The notes under the pieces are model-generated. The model searched no databases. It had not been told where the DNA came from and worked only from the letters and a program-made list of their open reading frames with translations. DNA of 63,830 bases, the filler included, from Rozella allomycis CSF55 (Eukaryota), in NCBI GenBank assembly GCA_000442015.1. It is 14 parts of 14 records of this genome, joined end to end, with 100 filler letters (N's around TTAATTAATTAA, not from the genome) between each part and the next. Parts side by side here need not be neighbours in the genome. Positions count along the whole stretch, not along the records: positions 24,125 to 33,628 come from KE560548.1; positions 33,729 to 37,978 come from KE560551.1; positions 38,079 to 39,582 come from KE560556.1; positions 39,683 to 46,738 come from KE560557.1; 10 more parts are not named here. The stretch is one strand, 5' to 3'. Below, in pieces: positions 26,735 to 39,883 of this stretch (position 1 is the first letter of the stretch; the number at the start of each line of letters is the position of its first letter). The position numbers were made by a program, and so were the translations under genes.

Positions 26735-27199
26735 ATACGAAAACCAATTCAATAAAGATTCCGATCTCATTGACTGTAGTTATTACTTTTACAAATTACT
26801 TAGTATTTTCTTATCCGTTCTATGAGAGAACGTCCGGAATAATGTGAGGAAAACAGGTCCCTCCGAAACAGTGCAATTGAGAAACAGGATGTTTGTTTTG
26901 CCCGTGACAAGGAATTGCCCATTTGTGTCAGGCATTAAATTTCCGGTGTAATTTGCGTTACGGATAGCTTTTGCCCAGAATCCTTTCTTCGCTCATCGAC
27001 GCATCGTGTAGTGTGGAGTGCGGAATCTTCGAGCGTGATTTCCTCACAAGCGGTGAAATCTACGCTACATAATTCCTCCTTTTTGTATGTCATTTTACAG
27101 CCTTCAACCAGATGGAGTACGTGTTGCAATTTGCCGATGTTGCAATGATTGACAGACAGTTGCCAGTCTTCCAGAGTCCTTGAAATAGACGGGATAGTA

Positions 27200-27560
27200 G
27201 TAGCAGTAGAAATCTGTAAATCAACTGTAAATAAATTGTTTTCTTTCTGACCCTCTAATATTACCTATTGTAGATTTTGTTGAACAAATTCATCTAGCAT
27301 TTTTGATGCCAGGGAAACGATTAAACGTACCGCGCGTATCCAGCGTATTAATTGATAATAAATTGATTGCGCGATCTGGCAAATTTAAATATTTTGATAT
27401 TTTCTGGCCCTAGCGGCGTAGCGATCCCCTTACCCGTCCAGGAACTAGATCGATCATCGACTGGACTCATTCGCATAAAGATTAAGGGCTTCCGTATTTC
27501 TCATTACATGTTCCGAAGAACCAGAATCTACTAACATTCGCACATCATTAGTTTGACGAT
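27200..27560 (-). mobile_element. Ty1/Copia remnant (protease and pre-integrase region)
   Basis: MLVDSGSSEHVM resembles the Copia protease motif; downstream VILEGQKENNLFTVDL. Confidence 0.55.
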
Positions 27561-28688
27561 GAGTTGGGACTGGACATGAATTGTACATAAAGGAATTTTT
27601 TATAAATGGCATTGTTGCAGGAAGGCCATGTTGGGCAAGAGGTAGGCAAGCACGTCCAGCAAGTTGATTTAGTTCGACTATGTTGGCAATGATACGCCAC
27701 GACATGATTGGCTGTTTTAGGCGTTTCCCCATTATGTGATACCGATAATAATCGTTTCCATGAAGAGCGCCGATCCCGTTGAACGACATCAAATGATACC
27801 TTAAATGATTAATAGTGATTTATAGCTATATATTAGTGAGTAGCGTATTGAGATGACAGTCTCTGCGTAACGCATATATCAAACAACAGCTATTGGATTC
27901 ACCACATGACGCTAGAAATTGACGTTCTAACACANGAGTAGCGTATTGAAATGACAGTCTCTGCGTAACGCATATATCAAAAAACAGCTATTGGATTCAC
28001 CACATGACGCTAGAAATTGACGTTCTAACACAACGTGTTAAAGAAGCGCGGATTACATATCACAACTGGAAATGAAACGAAATCACATGAGCATTGACAG
28101 CCAGACGGTGATTTTGTGTGGATCATTACAACATTTGGTAACACGAAAATCCCGCTTTATGCTGCTGTAAAGTCTGGACGTAAGAATTTATGCAAGCTGG
28201 GATCCACACTCTTGATCATGGCAAAAGTTGGACAGTTTTGATTCGAACTGTTGGCGTACCATTTCACTTATCCCTTGCATGAAGATATGGTGGCCAAATC
28301 TATTTAAAGTAATCCAAGTTTCACGGCTTTTGTGAACTTGGTCTTGAGGTAGTAGCGGTGATTTGACATGTCGTTGAGATGTTCTCAAAGTACCTCCAAT
28401 TTGGGGACGATAGGCGATTGAGTGATGGTTGGTGGAAGTGTGTCAATAGCGCCATATGGAGTATTGGGAACGTTGGTCTGTTAAAAGATTGCAGTGTAAT
28501 AGGTAGGAGGTTATTTTTAAAAATTGTGAAAATCGTTGAGCTGAATTGGACCAAAATGTGTCCGAAAATTGGACACAATGCTAACCTACATGCTCAATAA
28601 ATATATTTTTGTTAATATATTTTGTCTATTGGAAATTTCACGAAATAGATCTTAAAGATTACACAAAGGTAATAGGCGCACATCATTT

Positions 28689-29170
28689 TTATTTATGAAT
28701 GTGTGAAATCAAAGACTTGAGGACGTCACCAAATTGGTCAATGCTATCATTGAGCTTTGTGACAGCCTTGGGCGTTTCTGTTAACAACGTAATTTGCATT
28801 ACCTCCTCCTTTTGTTTGTACATACTAGCCAAGGCTACCAATCTATCTTTCAACCACTCACCTATGCTTAAGATTGCTTGCGAGATATTAATATTGTTAT
28901 TTCTACGAGCAAAGGCTGCTGTTGTAGACAAACGTGGTTCACTAGTATGGGAAGTAAACCTCACTCGTTGGGATGACATTTCACATAAATTGTATTCCAC
29001 TTGCCCACGATGACATGCACCTAGACCATCGCGACCTTCAAAATACTGAACCATAATGTTCCAGAGTGGCGGTTCAGGACCCTATTCCCCATTACCTGCC
29101 TGTCACATTTCAGCTTTTCGTTTTGGGTAAACTGTTTTCGCAGCATTTGTCAACTGCGGCACGGTCACAC
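28689..29170 (-). pseudogene. Possible Myb/SANT-like (Harbinger-associated) protein remnant
   Basis: PPLWNIMVQYFEGRDGLG followed by a coiled-coil tail; upstream broken. Confidence 0.25.
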
Positions 29171-30517
29171 TGTAGACAGAAATGATTTTTTTAACTCGTC
29201 CACAGTTGTATTCCGTGTTGTTTAAACCTTGTAACGATCCTTGTTATCCAAAAACGCGGTTGAATATTTTGCCAGTCGTAAATGTAGGACACTCTGCACT
29301 TGTTCATCGCTCCAAATGTGGTTTTGTGCTGTTGGTAACTCACTATCAGAGTCCTAAATTGATTTTCTTCTTTTAAAAATTAATTGAATGAGAAAATGTT
29401 TTACAGGGGTAATATCGAATTGATAGTTAAAAAGCTCATCTATTTTTTAACTACACCGAGTATAGTAATTAGTGTTAAGTTGTTGTTAGTGTTAGTTTTT
29501 AAATAGTTATTAATAACACTATTTAAAGGAAAGTGTTCGAGTCGACAAAAATATACACTNTCTACTTTTTAACTACACCGAGGATAGTAAATAGTGTTAA
29601 GTTGTTGTTAGTGTTAGTTTTTAAATAGTTTTAATAACACTATTTAAAGAAAAGTGTTCGAGTCGACAAAAATATACACTAAATAAAGTAGTAAATTTCC
29701 GACATTGTTTTCTATGGAGCTGCTCTTGAGGCCTTGTGGTGGTTGCAAGGAACCTGTTGGTGGTGTTCACAGGTGTCCTGAATGCGGAAAATACATGCAT
29801 CCGTGGAGCCGGTCGGATGCTAGGGGTACAGACAACCGATAAAATGCCATGTCTCGGCCACCTTATGAGACCCAAAGTAGACTGCAATCACTTTTTAGTG
29901 TCACCAACTTTCAGTGTCAACCCACACTTCTTATGCCTCTTGCAGCTTCTGCCGCAGTTAGAACGAGTATGCCCGACAATTTTTAACTCCATACACCAGC
30001 CACAATTTCGCCAAGAATTCGTTATTTAATTACCATTGTCGGTGTATTTTTTATTGACTTTGAATTTTCGACTTTTTAGTTGAAGTTGGTTCTTACTATT
30101 TCCTTCTTTTAACCATTTCACTTTAAAAAATTAATCGAATGAGAAAATTTTTACAGGGGTGATATCGACTTTTTTTTTTTTTTGATATTTTTTATTGACT
30201 TTGAATTTTCGACTTTTTAGTTGAAGTTGGTTCTTACAGATTGAAGCTAAGTTTCACGTTAGCAAAAGGAATTCATCAAAGATTCTGAGAAGAGTGGTAT
30301 AAACATTTAAAAAAATATGTTTGAGTTTATTATAATTATGTATCATGATTTATGTTGAACCAAGTTTCTTGATAAATATCATTTCTTTGTCTATTTTACC
30401 ACAAACACACTGAAAATATATTGATGTCATATTTTAAATATATCCTGGTCTAAATAATTATTATTAGCACATATGTGATGTTCTAGAAAATTGGCGGGTG
30501 CTTTGCCACTCTTTGGG

Positions 30518-33077
30518 ATGACATCGTGGGCAACAATATACATAATTACGAGAGAAGGAAAAGAGAGCCGATCGTTGCCTATTAGTAAAAAGCGATATAC
30601 TTTTGGCAGGTGAGAGTATTTTTTGAGATTAAGAGGGATTTGACATGTGACATAAGGATCCAGTTACCGAGCGTATCACAGCGCCATTGTAGTATAGTAA
30701 AGGAGAGTGATGAAAAGGTGATTAAATGTTAGAGTGTGGAATAGGCGTTTATTGAGGTATCTGGTGAGACGGGAGTGTTATTGAATGAAGAGATGTGTAA
30801 AGGAGATAAGGGAAGAATAGAGTTGCGCAATGGCGATGTTATAATGATCGATGAGAGAAAGTTTAGATTTGAATATAGGAATAATGTTTTGAGGGAGAGT
30901 AGTAGAGTGAATAAGATGGATGTTGGCAGGACAAGAAGAAAGAGTTCAGTTGGTGGCAAGGAGAGGATGAAGGAAGTTTGTCCACCGACACCAAAGAATG
31001 TGACTCCATCGAGAGAGAAGATGAATGTTGTTTCTAATTGGAAGATTGATGCTAAAAATCGGGAATCAATAGCGCAACTTTTAACGTTGGCGAATTCACC
31101 CATCAAAGCGACGGTTGCAACCAAGAGTGATAAATTGAAAGATGATACAGGGAATGTTGAAGTAATTGATGAAGCGATTAAAGAAAACGTAAAGGAAGAA
31201 GAGGAGGAGAATGCAGAAGTAAAAGAAGCGGAGGCTAAAGTACAAATAAAATTACAAGATGTTAACGATGAAGAAGCCAAGGTGAAAATTTTAGTTGAAG
31301 AAGAGAAAGAGAACCTAATAGAGGATGAAGAAGAAGACAAAGTGAATCTCCTAGAAGAAGTTAAAGAAGAAGACAGGGAAATTCCTCAAGATGGAGAAGA
31401 CAATCAAGATGGAGAAGACAAAGTGAATCTTCTAGAAGAAGTTAAAGAACAAATAGAAGTAAAAGAAGCTGATGAAGATTTACAAAATACAGTGGATTCA
31501 AAAGAACATGAACTAGATTCAAAAGAAGATCAAGAAATAAATTTAATACAACATGAAGATCTACAAGCAGATTTAAAAGAAGATAAAATTAATGAAATGA
31601 ATTGTTTGACGCCAAAGAAGGTGACGTTTGGACCACCATTGAGCCCTGAAGTGTTTGACAAGAACCAACCCCCTGCATCACCATTGAGGAGAGGAAATTC
31701 TCCATTTTCACCGAGAAGAAATTTATTTTCGCCTGGAATTTTAAAAAGATCAAATTTGAAAAATGAATTAAAAAGTAGAAAGTTATTTGCAGTAGAAGTA
31801 GAAGGGGGAGATGAGGTAGTAGAGGGTGAAGGGGTAGTAGAGGGTGAAAGGGGAGAAGAAATGAATGATATACAAAAAGTTGAATGTGGAAATCCTTTTC
31901 AATTAATAAATGAATTGAACGACGTGGATGATTCTTCTTCTGTTCATTCTTTAGAAGTTGAAGAAATATTCTCTCGAGAAATGAAAGAATCCCACAACCT
32001 TGAAGGGATAGAAAATGAATCTTTTAAAGCTAAAGAATTTCAAGATAAAGAATTTCAAGGTGACGCTGTAGTTGAAGCGGAAGCTGAAATTAAAGAATCA
32101 AAAGATAAACAAACTGAAATTCAAGTAACGCTTGTAGAAGAAACAGAAATTGAAGAATCTAAATTTATTAAATCCAAAATTGAATCTAANAGAAGAATCC
32201 CACAACCTCGAAGGGAACAAAAATGAATCTGTTAAAGCTACAGAATTTCAAGTTAAAGAATTTCAAGGTGACGCTGTAGTTGAAGCTGAAGTCAAAGTTT
32301 ATAAGGAATCAAAAGAAAATCAAACTGAAATTCAAGTAACGCTTGTAAACGAAACAGAAATTGAAGAATCTAAATTTATTACATCCAAAATTGAATCTAA
32401 TGAAATACCCCCTGAAGTGCCTACTGGATCTGTTGAAGTGCCACCTGAAATTTCTCCAATTAAAACACGTTCTAGATCAAAGAAAAGATTAACGTTGGTT
32501 GAAGAAAAAAAATCTCATAAAGAAGAAATTGTTAAACGTGGCAGAGGAAGACCCAAAAAGGCAACAAATGATTCAAAAGAGAATCAGAATGTTAAAGAGT
32601 CGAAAGCATCAAATGTTGGATACGTTATAGAATCTAATGCTTCTATTAAAGAGTCAAATACTTCTATTAAAGATTTAACTAGTTCTGTTAATGACTCCAA
32701 TGCTTCTATTAAAGATTTAACGTTAAAGAGAACTTTAAGTGAAAATGTTCAAAGCAGCCCAAGAAGGGGAAGACCAAAGAAAATTAAACAAAATGAACCC
32801 AAAGATTTATCAACTACAATTTCAACTCTTGACACTACAACTAATTCAAAACATAATGTAAAACACGAAGCAATTCAAAGAATTTTATCAGATTCAAACT
32901 CTAATCTTCCTTCAAGCCCAAGAAGATCCTCTCGTCTAAAAAATAAACANTCTTGACACTACAACAAATTCAAAGCATAATGTAAAACACGACGCAATTC
33001 AAAGAATTTTATCAGATTCAAATTCTAATCTTCCTTCAAGCCCAAGAAGATCCTCTCGTCTAAAAAATAAACATTAA
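30518..33077 (+). CDS. Ki-67/Repo-Man-like protein: N-terminal FHA, PP1-binding motif, acidic disordered region, AT-hooks
   Basis: Introns 30610-30635 and 30718-30744 give YTFGRDLTCDIRIQLPSVSQRHCSI...LRNGDVIMIDERKFRFEY; KKVTFGPPLSPEVFDKNQPPASPLRRG; KRGRGRPKK and RRGRPKK. n joints at 32190 and 32950. Confidence 0.88.
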
Positions 33078-33098
33078 ACATTTAATCATTAAATTAGT

Positions 33099-33628
33099 TT
33101 ATTTCTTTACTTTGAAAAATGAATTAATCTTTTTGTTATTCTTAACATCAATTTGATTCTTTTTATTCACAGTTTTCTTTTATATTACATATTCATCCCT
33201 TACCTTGGCTGTCTGGGGCTTGTAATAATCATTCGTCGGGTTCAATTCTATTCCTCCCTTTTCTTTCATTACTTTTGTCAAATTAGAATTCGTAAATAAT
33301 GATTTTTCATTAATCAATTTAACATCTTCAATCCCTTTATCTCTCATCACTCTCTCTAAATATCCATCACCCACCCCAAACATCTTTAATAACCTCATAG
33401 CTGTCTTGATTCGATGTTCCCTCTTCTCTTCTTCATTAACATGCTCTTGGAAACTCTGTGGATCAATCCATTTGAAAAAATCTAACTCCTCGTAGCTCTC
33501 TAAATATCTATCAATAATCAATCCTAGAAATTTCACATATTTATCTTCATCTAGATCATAATACACAGTTGATCCTTTATAACAATTCACATCCTCTTAC
33601 CAACTGTTTCTTTTTGACACACTTTATC
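33099..33628 (-). CDS. RNH202: RNase H2 subunit B, C-terminal part
   Basis: KVCQKE..VYYDLDEDKYVKFL and terminal PIP-box-like NKKINSFFK after two small introns. Confidence 0.65.
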
Positions 33629-34039
33629 NNNNNNNNNNNNNNNNNNNNNNNNNNNNNNNNNNNNNNNNNNNNTTAATTAATTAANNNNNNNNNNNNNNNN
33701 NNNNNNNNNNNNNNNNNNNNNNNNNNNNCCAGGGTTCGAAATTCATTTTAGGTCAGAATTAAACGTTTCGAAACATTTTATTGGTAGATTGAATAAAGCA
33801 AAGATTGATGCAAGAGATTCAATCGAGACTGTTGACTCATTCTTGAAAGGCTACCAGTTTATTTGGATTTACATTTGGATTCTAAGTAATTGCTTTGCAA
33901 GACAGTAGAAGCTAAGACAGACTGTTCTATTTTGATTATACTTCAACAGAAATTTTTACGGATATAAATGGTATAGAAATATTATTTAAAATTGGGCTCT
34001 AACTTTCTACTTTATTCACCATGCAATATTAAATAAAAA

Positions 34040-35171
34040 TTAGAGTTCTACGTCGATGGTTTGGGCTGTTTGAGCAATAGGATAATTGTCAAAACTGAAC
34101 AATGACGCTATCTGCCAGAATAAAGACCACATCCAATTCCAAATCCATCGAATTAAATCCGGTATCCACACTCTTTTCTGAACGATATAAAAGACAACAA
34201 GTATATAAACAGTGAATGCAAATCCGATCAATGCTCGATCTGTATAATCCCTTTGCTTCAATTTGTTCAAAAGAAACTTTGTTGTGTTTAGTACACCGCC
34301 AATATTTTCATAATTATTGGTAGTTTCTTTCATTAATCTACTTGATTCCTCTGTCGTTTGGTGGAAAATAACACATTACCCAAAACTTGCGCCGATTCTA
34401 CACTTCGTTGCACCTCTGTCGCCATTAATTGTGTCATCCTTTGAATAACTGAAGTGGCATTTTGGGCAGCTTTTAACGGATCCGTTTCATATTTTGGCTT
34501 CCTGGATCTCACGCACCTTAATGTTTACTGTATACTTGCGTTATTAAGCAACTCTGTCCTTTTCCTTGTCAATAACTGAGTCTCCCACCACATTTGTATG
34601 TTTAAATTCGCGCTTCTAAGCTTTTTAACTGCCCTATATGCTCAATTTGTAATTTATATGTTTACTCTTCNGGTCATCCTTTGAATAACGGAAGTGGCAT
34701 TTTGGGCAGCTTTTAACGCATCCGTTTCATATTTTGGCTTCCTGGATCTCACGCACCATAATATTTACTGTATACTTGCGTTATTAAGCAACTCTGTCCT
34801 TTTCCTTGTCAATAACTGGGTCTCCCACCACTTTTGTATGTTTAAATTCGCGCTTCTAAACTTTTTAACTGCCCTATAGGCTCAATTTTTAATTTATATG
34901 TTTACTCTTCCCATCGATCTTTGTATTTGCCAGAAATGTCCTTAATTTGATCATCAGATAATTCTGAATCTTCAAGTGATTCCGCTAACTGTGATATAAT
35001 AAGTTTTGCTTTTTGTTGCTGAGATCTTACATGAGCCCGGATATTTTCGATATCAGTCAGGGTAAAGTCTGGATTTGGTTTATTAAGATTAGCGACATTT
35101 TTCAAAACATCTAATTCAAGAGTATTCAAGGCTTCTAATAGTGAGCGTGAATGAAGTGGAACATTTTCCAT
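34040..35171 (-). CDS. SEC20: Sec20/BNIP1 Qb-SNARE
   Basis: IQRMTQLMATEVQRS...LEESSRLMKET, LKQRDYTDRALIGFAFTVYILVVFYIVQKRV TM segment; internal duplication at n34671. Confidence 0.88.
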
Positions 35172-35198
35172 TTCGAAATTTCGCTTAAAATGTTTAAA

Positions 35199-37978
35199 AT
35201 GGGCACTTATTACAAGAGCGAACACTTCAAAGAGAGGAAATCGAATTATCGGAAATAGTGGAAGGATGCATATTATTTATGATACACAAATATTTTCAGG
35301 AGTTAATACCACCATTTCGACACCCCGATTACAGCAAAAGTTCGTTTCATAAGATGGGAGGCTGTTCATGAAGCTAATTGTATTATACTATTAAAGAATA
35401 GAGAACTTTTATCAATGCGAACAGAAACGAGTGCAACCCCAAGTAAGAACAATCAGGTTAAATAGGTTTTGGGGCTCAGCGAAAAATAACGAGANTTTAG
35501 CTTAAATTATTTAGAATTTAAAAAATTTGTGCTATGCTATTTTGAAGATGAAGCCGAATCAGTGTCAAGAAAGAGTGATCTGTCATGTCTCACTCAAGAA
35601 AAAATAAACAGGATTAGGGAAAAGCATCCAAATCTCCCTTGGTTTGCAAGTCATGATGGCGTTAATGTGGTGCGACTAAGTGCAGCTGCACCTGAAGCTT
35701 CGTTTATCATTGACGTAGAAGAAATCAAAAAGTACTCTTATGTATATGTTGGCNAGTTAAAAATGGACAGCTTATTACAAGAGCAAAAACTTGAAAGAGA
35801 GGAAATCGAATTATCGAAAATAGTGGATGCATATTATTTATGATAAACAAATATTTTCAGGTGTTAATACCACCATTTCGGCACCCCGATTACAGCAAAA
35901 GTATAAGATGGTGAACAAGAATTCAACTTTGAGGCTGTTGAATACAGAACTTTTATCAAATCAATGCGAACAGAAGAACAATCAGGTTAAATAGGTTTTG
36001 GGGCTCAGCGAAAAAACGAGATGNCTGTCAGGAAGAGATGAACGAAATCGCATCCTTGATGAAGATGTTTTTATTACCATTTGACACGATTTTTCAAACT
36101 GTTGAACACCGACCTGATATTTTTCTTTCGGAAAAGGGTTTGTCATTCTTAACTTTTAAGCTTGGCGTTCAATGCTTTTCGAACCATCAGAACTTGATTG
36201 AATTAACGTCTACATGTTGCCTGTTTTCAACAGTTTTTGGGCCATCAGGTGCTGGTAAAACTAGATTATGTTTAGAAATGCTGGCGAAGAAAATGGGGAA
36301 CTATATTAACTTTCAAAGTTCTATTGACACCAAATTATTTTATCAGTATATTCCTAACGGAGATGAAGATGGGGATTACACTAGATTAATCTCGGCAAAA
36401 ATTGATGGTCTTTTTGGGTTTCGACGAATTTTGTTGAACCTTGCAATATCATTGGGCTTGAATGCGAACCAATTCTTAATGTTTCAATTGGTGTTTTTAC
36501 AAGAAGAAGCTTTCGTGCTAATGAAAAATCAGGACTTACATGACAGAAAAGCACTGATAAACCTAATTCGCGAATGTTTGAAAAATACAAATTGCCCGAT
36601 TAACTTCAGCTTTCCAGAAGTTTCACGTGTTGCATGTGTTTTGGATGAGGCTCATATTCTGGATACTTTATTAAAGGGTAAGTTTTCTGGAAAGTACATG
36701 AATCAATCGCTTTTCTCACTATTTATTTCTAGATGCAAAGTGAGCGCCATTCAGCGTTATGTGGTAGCATCAACAGCGCAGAATCTTTTGGAGTCTATGC
36801 TGGATTCTATCCCTTCCATGGTTAGTCAATCAGGAGGGAGAAACGAAGCATTAGGTTCAGTAGTTAAACAGGTCTATGTGAATGTGAGTTCAAGCTTTAA
36901 ATCTACATTTGAGTTTGCGTCTCAGTTTTTGCAATGGGTGGATAATGATCCCAGACGAAAGATATTTTTTAANGTGTCAGGAAGAGATGACAAAGATCGC
37001 ATCCTTAATGAAAATGTTTTTATTACCATTGACACGATTTTTCAAACTGTTGAACACCGACCTGATATTTTTCTTTCGGAAAAGGGTTTGTCATTCTTAA
37101 CTTTTAAGCTTGGCGTTCAATGCTTTTCGAACCATCAGAACTTGATTGAATTAACGTCTACATGTTGCCTGTTTTCAACAGTTTTTGGGCCATCAGGTGC
37201 TGGTAAAACTAGATTATGTTTAGAAATGCTGGCGAAGAAAATGGGGAACTATATTAACTTTCAAAGTTCTATTGACACCAAATTATTTTATCAGTATATT
37301 CCTAACGGAGATGAAGATGGGGATTACACTAGATTAATCTCGGCAAAAATTGATGGTCTTTTTGGGTTTCGACGAATTTTGTTGAACCTTGCAATATCAT
37401 TGGGCTTGAATGCGAACCAATTCTTAATGTTTCAATTGGTGTTTTTACAAGAAGAAGCTTTCGTGCTAATGAAAAATCAGGACTTACATGACAGAAAAGC
37501 ACTGATAAACCTAATTCGCGAATGTTTGAATAATACAAATTGTCCGATTAACTTCAGCTTTCCAGAAGTTAAACGTGTTGCATGTGTTTTGGATGAGGCT
37601 CATATTCTGGATACTCTATTAAAAGGTAGCAAGTACATGAATCATCGATCGCTTTTCTCACTATTTATTTCAAGATGCAAAGTGAGCGCCATTCAGCGTT
37701 ATGTTTTAGCATCAACAGCACAAACCCTTTTGAAGCCTATCCTGGATTCTGTCACTTCCAAGGCTAGTCAATCAGGAGGGAGAAACGAATCATTAGGTTC
37801 AGTAGTTAAACAGGTCTATGTAAATGTTAGTTCAAATTTTAAATCTTTATTTGAGTTTGCGTCGCAGTTTTTGCAATGGGAGGATAATGATCCCAGACGA
37901 AAGATATTTTTTAAGCCGTTGGAAGTTCATATTCGACCTCGACACTTTCTGTGTTACTTGGAGTATCTTTATAATGTG
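35199..37978 (+). CDS. Crinkler/RHS-type P-loop NTPase, present as two n-joined near-identical copies; 3'-truncated
   Basis: Walker A GPSGAGKT and Walker B CVLDEAH each occur twice either side of n36973; fragmentary N-terminal copies at n35495, n35754, n36024. Confidence 0.65.
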
Positions 37979-38088
37979 NNNNNNNNNNNNNNNNNNNNNN
38001 NNNNNNNNNNNNNNNNNNNNNNTTAATTAATTAANNNNNNNNNNNNNNNNNNNNNNNNNNNNNNNNNNNNNNNNNNNNTTATTTTAAT

Positions 38089-38497
38089 CTATAAATTTAT
38101 TGTCATGGCTTCTTGTTGGATAGTTCTTGCATTCGAAAGTTCTTCGGTACCTTCCCAGCTTCCATCGACATTTTTCTATACAAAATTGAAATTTTTTACA
38201 TACCAAGAGGTTATTTAAGTCGGCCAATGCTCTCTCGAGCCTCTTCTTGCAGTCAGGGATCATTTTTTCTGTTTCTTCCAAAACCTCAATCTAATTAACT
38301 ACTACATATATTCATACTTGTTTTTTGATATCATATGCATCTTTATTTTCCATTTTCATTTTATCTATTTTGGCGGACTGGATTTTGTATTCTTTTTCAT
38401 ATGAAGTAATATCTTTCATAATTCTTTCTAGTGTTTAATTATTCTTTTACCTTTTCACTGTTCCTGACGTGACTGAAAGAGTTTTTAGTGAACTCAT
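38089..38497 (-). CDS. TBCA: Tubulin-binding cofactor A
   Basis: GTVKRIMKDITSYEKE...DAYDIKKQIEVLEETEKMIPDCKKRL; three GT-AG introns. Confidence 0.93.
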
Positions 38498-38600
38498 TTT
38501 CTAATTTGCAAGGGTTGTTGCATCTTGCAAGTTGCAACTACAGTATGAATATATCGTGATTGCCAATTGCCATTAATTTAGTTTTTAAATAAACGCTAGT

Positions 38601-39462
38601 ATGTTTCGCATACAAAAAACAATTGAATCGAATTTTTCCGAAACATTTTTTATGGAGCCCCTCTCCATTCTACCCTGCTGTACCAGCGATCTTAAAGATT
38701 GTGTACTACTTTGTAATAATAGATATGCAAAGTATTTTATATTTATAGCTTAACAAAGGCCGGTACTCATTCTAACGGATGCCAAATCTGTAATATTCCA
38801 CAGCACTTTGTGCGGAAATGCGGCACAGTTTTTTTCACTAATATTGATAGGATATAAAGTTAAAATAAAGAGCGGGAGATTAGAATATCGAAATAATTCA
38901 TTGACACCGAGCACTCCCAAAGTCTTCATCAGAATATATGACTTAGAATGGGTGGAAAATCAATTTGGAAGGAAAATAAGATGCGAGTCTGGAAATCCCC
39001 CTTTGCCCGAGTCAAACAAAATCTTGCCGAAAGTAAAATTTGTAGGTTAGCTCGATTCAGAAGTCAACGTTGTTCAATGCTTCCAATTTTGAGCGCAATG
39101 AAATGCCTTTGCTGGGGATTATTGAACAATTTACGACGTCAAGTTCATCTCTTGATATATTCGAAGGGGTATCTGCAAGATGCAAGATAACAGACCTTGA
39201 GTTTATGATAAAAACACTGATTGATACAAGAAAAATAGTTTATAACCAAAGTATTAAGCGAGCGAAACATTATATGATTGATCTGTTTCTTGCAATTTGT
39301 TGCTCAACACGTCATTTTTCGAATGTTAGTTTCAAGCCGAAAAAGTAATAAAATTGATCTGATTAAAAAAGAGTTGCATGGCTAAATAATCAAAATGTAC
39401 AGCACATACTACATCAAAGTATTTTGGGCATGAATTGTTCATGCGACAAAAGGACAAGATGA
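38601..39462 (+). CDS. Multi-exon hypothetical protein
   Basis: Continuous frame via three 27-28 nt GT-AG introns; divergent from TBCA; no family recognised. Confidence 0.5.
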
Positions 39463-39810
39463 AATCGTAAGGTTTTGGAAAAGTTGACAGAAGGTGTTAT
39501 CTTTATATTAATCATGCGCAAGCGGGAAGATATGAATTTTCGGTTTATACCTTTACCCATGCAAATAATGTGATGAGGAGGGNNNNNNNNNNNNNNNNNN
39601 NNNNNNNNNNNNNNNNNNNNNNNNNNTTAATTAATTAANNNNNNNNNNNNNNNNNNNNNNNNNNNNNNNNNNNNNNNNNNNNGAGGGCGACCAAAAGAGA
39701 AATTCCCAAATATGATGAAAGAAGTAAAAATAACAGAATATAAAATTCATTTTGACAGTGACATAAACGATTTTAACCTTCAAGACTTTAACAAAATGTG
39801 CAATTCACAA

Positions 39811-39816
39811 GCGAAC

Positions 39817-39858
<42 letters not shown>

Positions 39859-39883
39859 TCGTGTTCGATCCACGATGTTCGCA
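39811..39883 (+). tRNA. tRNA-Phe (GAA), intronless
   Basis: Identical to the 20927-20999 copy with different flanks; T-run terminator follows. Confidence 0.97.

Noticed and set aside
30729-31340. Long antisense ORFs opposite Glu/Lys-rich genes
   Set aside because: Shadow ORFs from codon bias.
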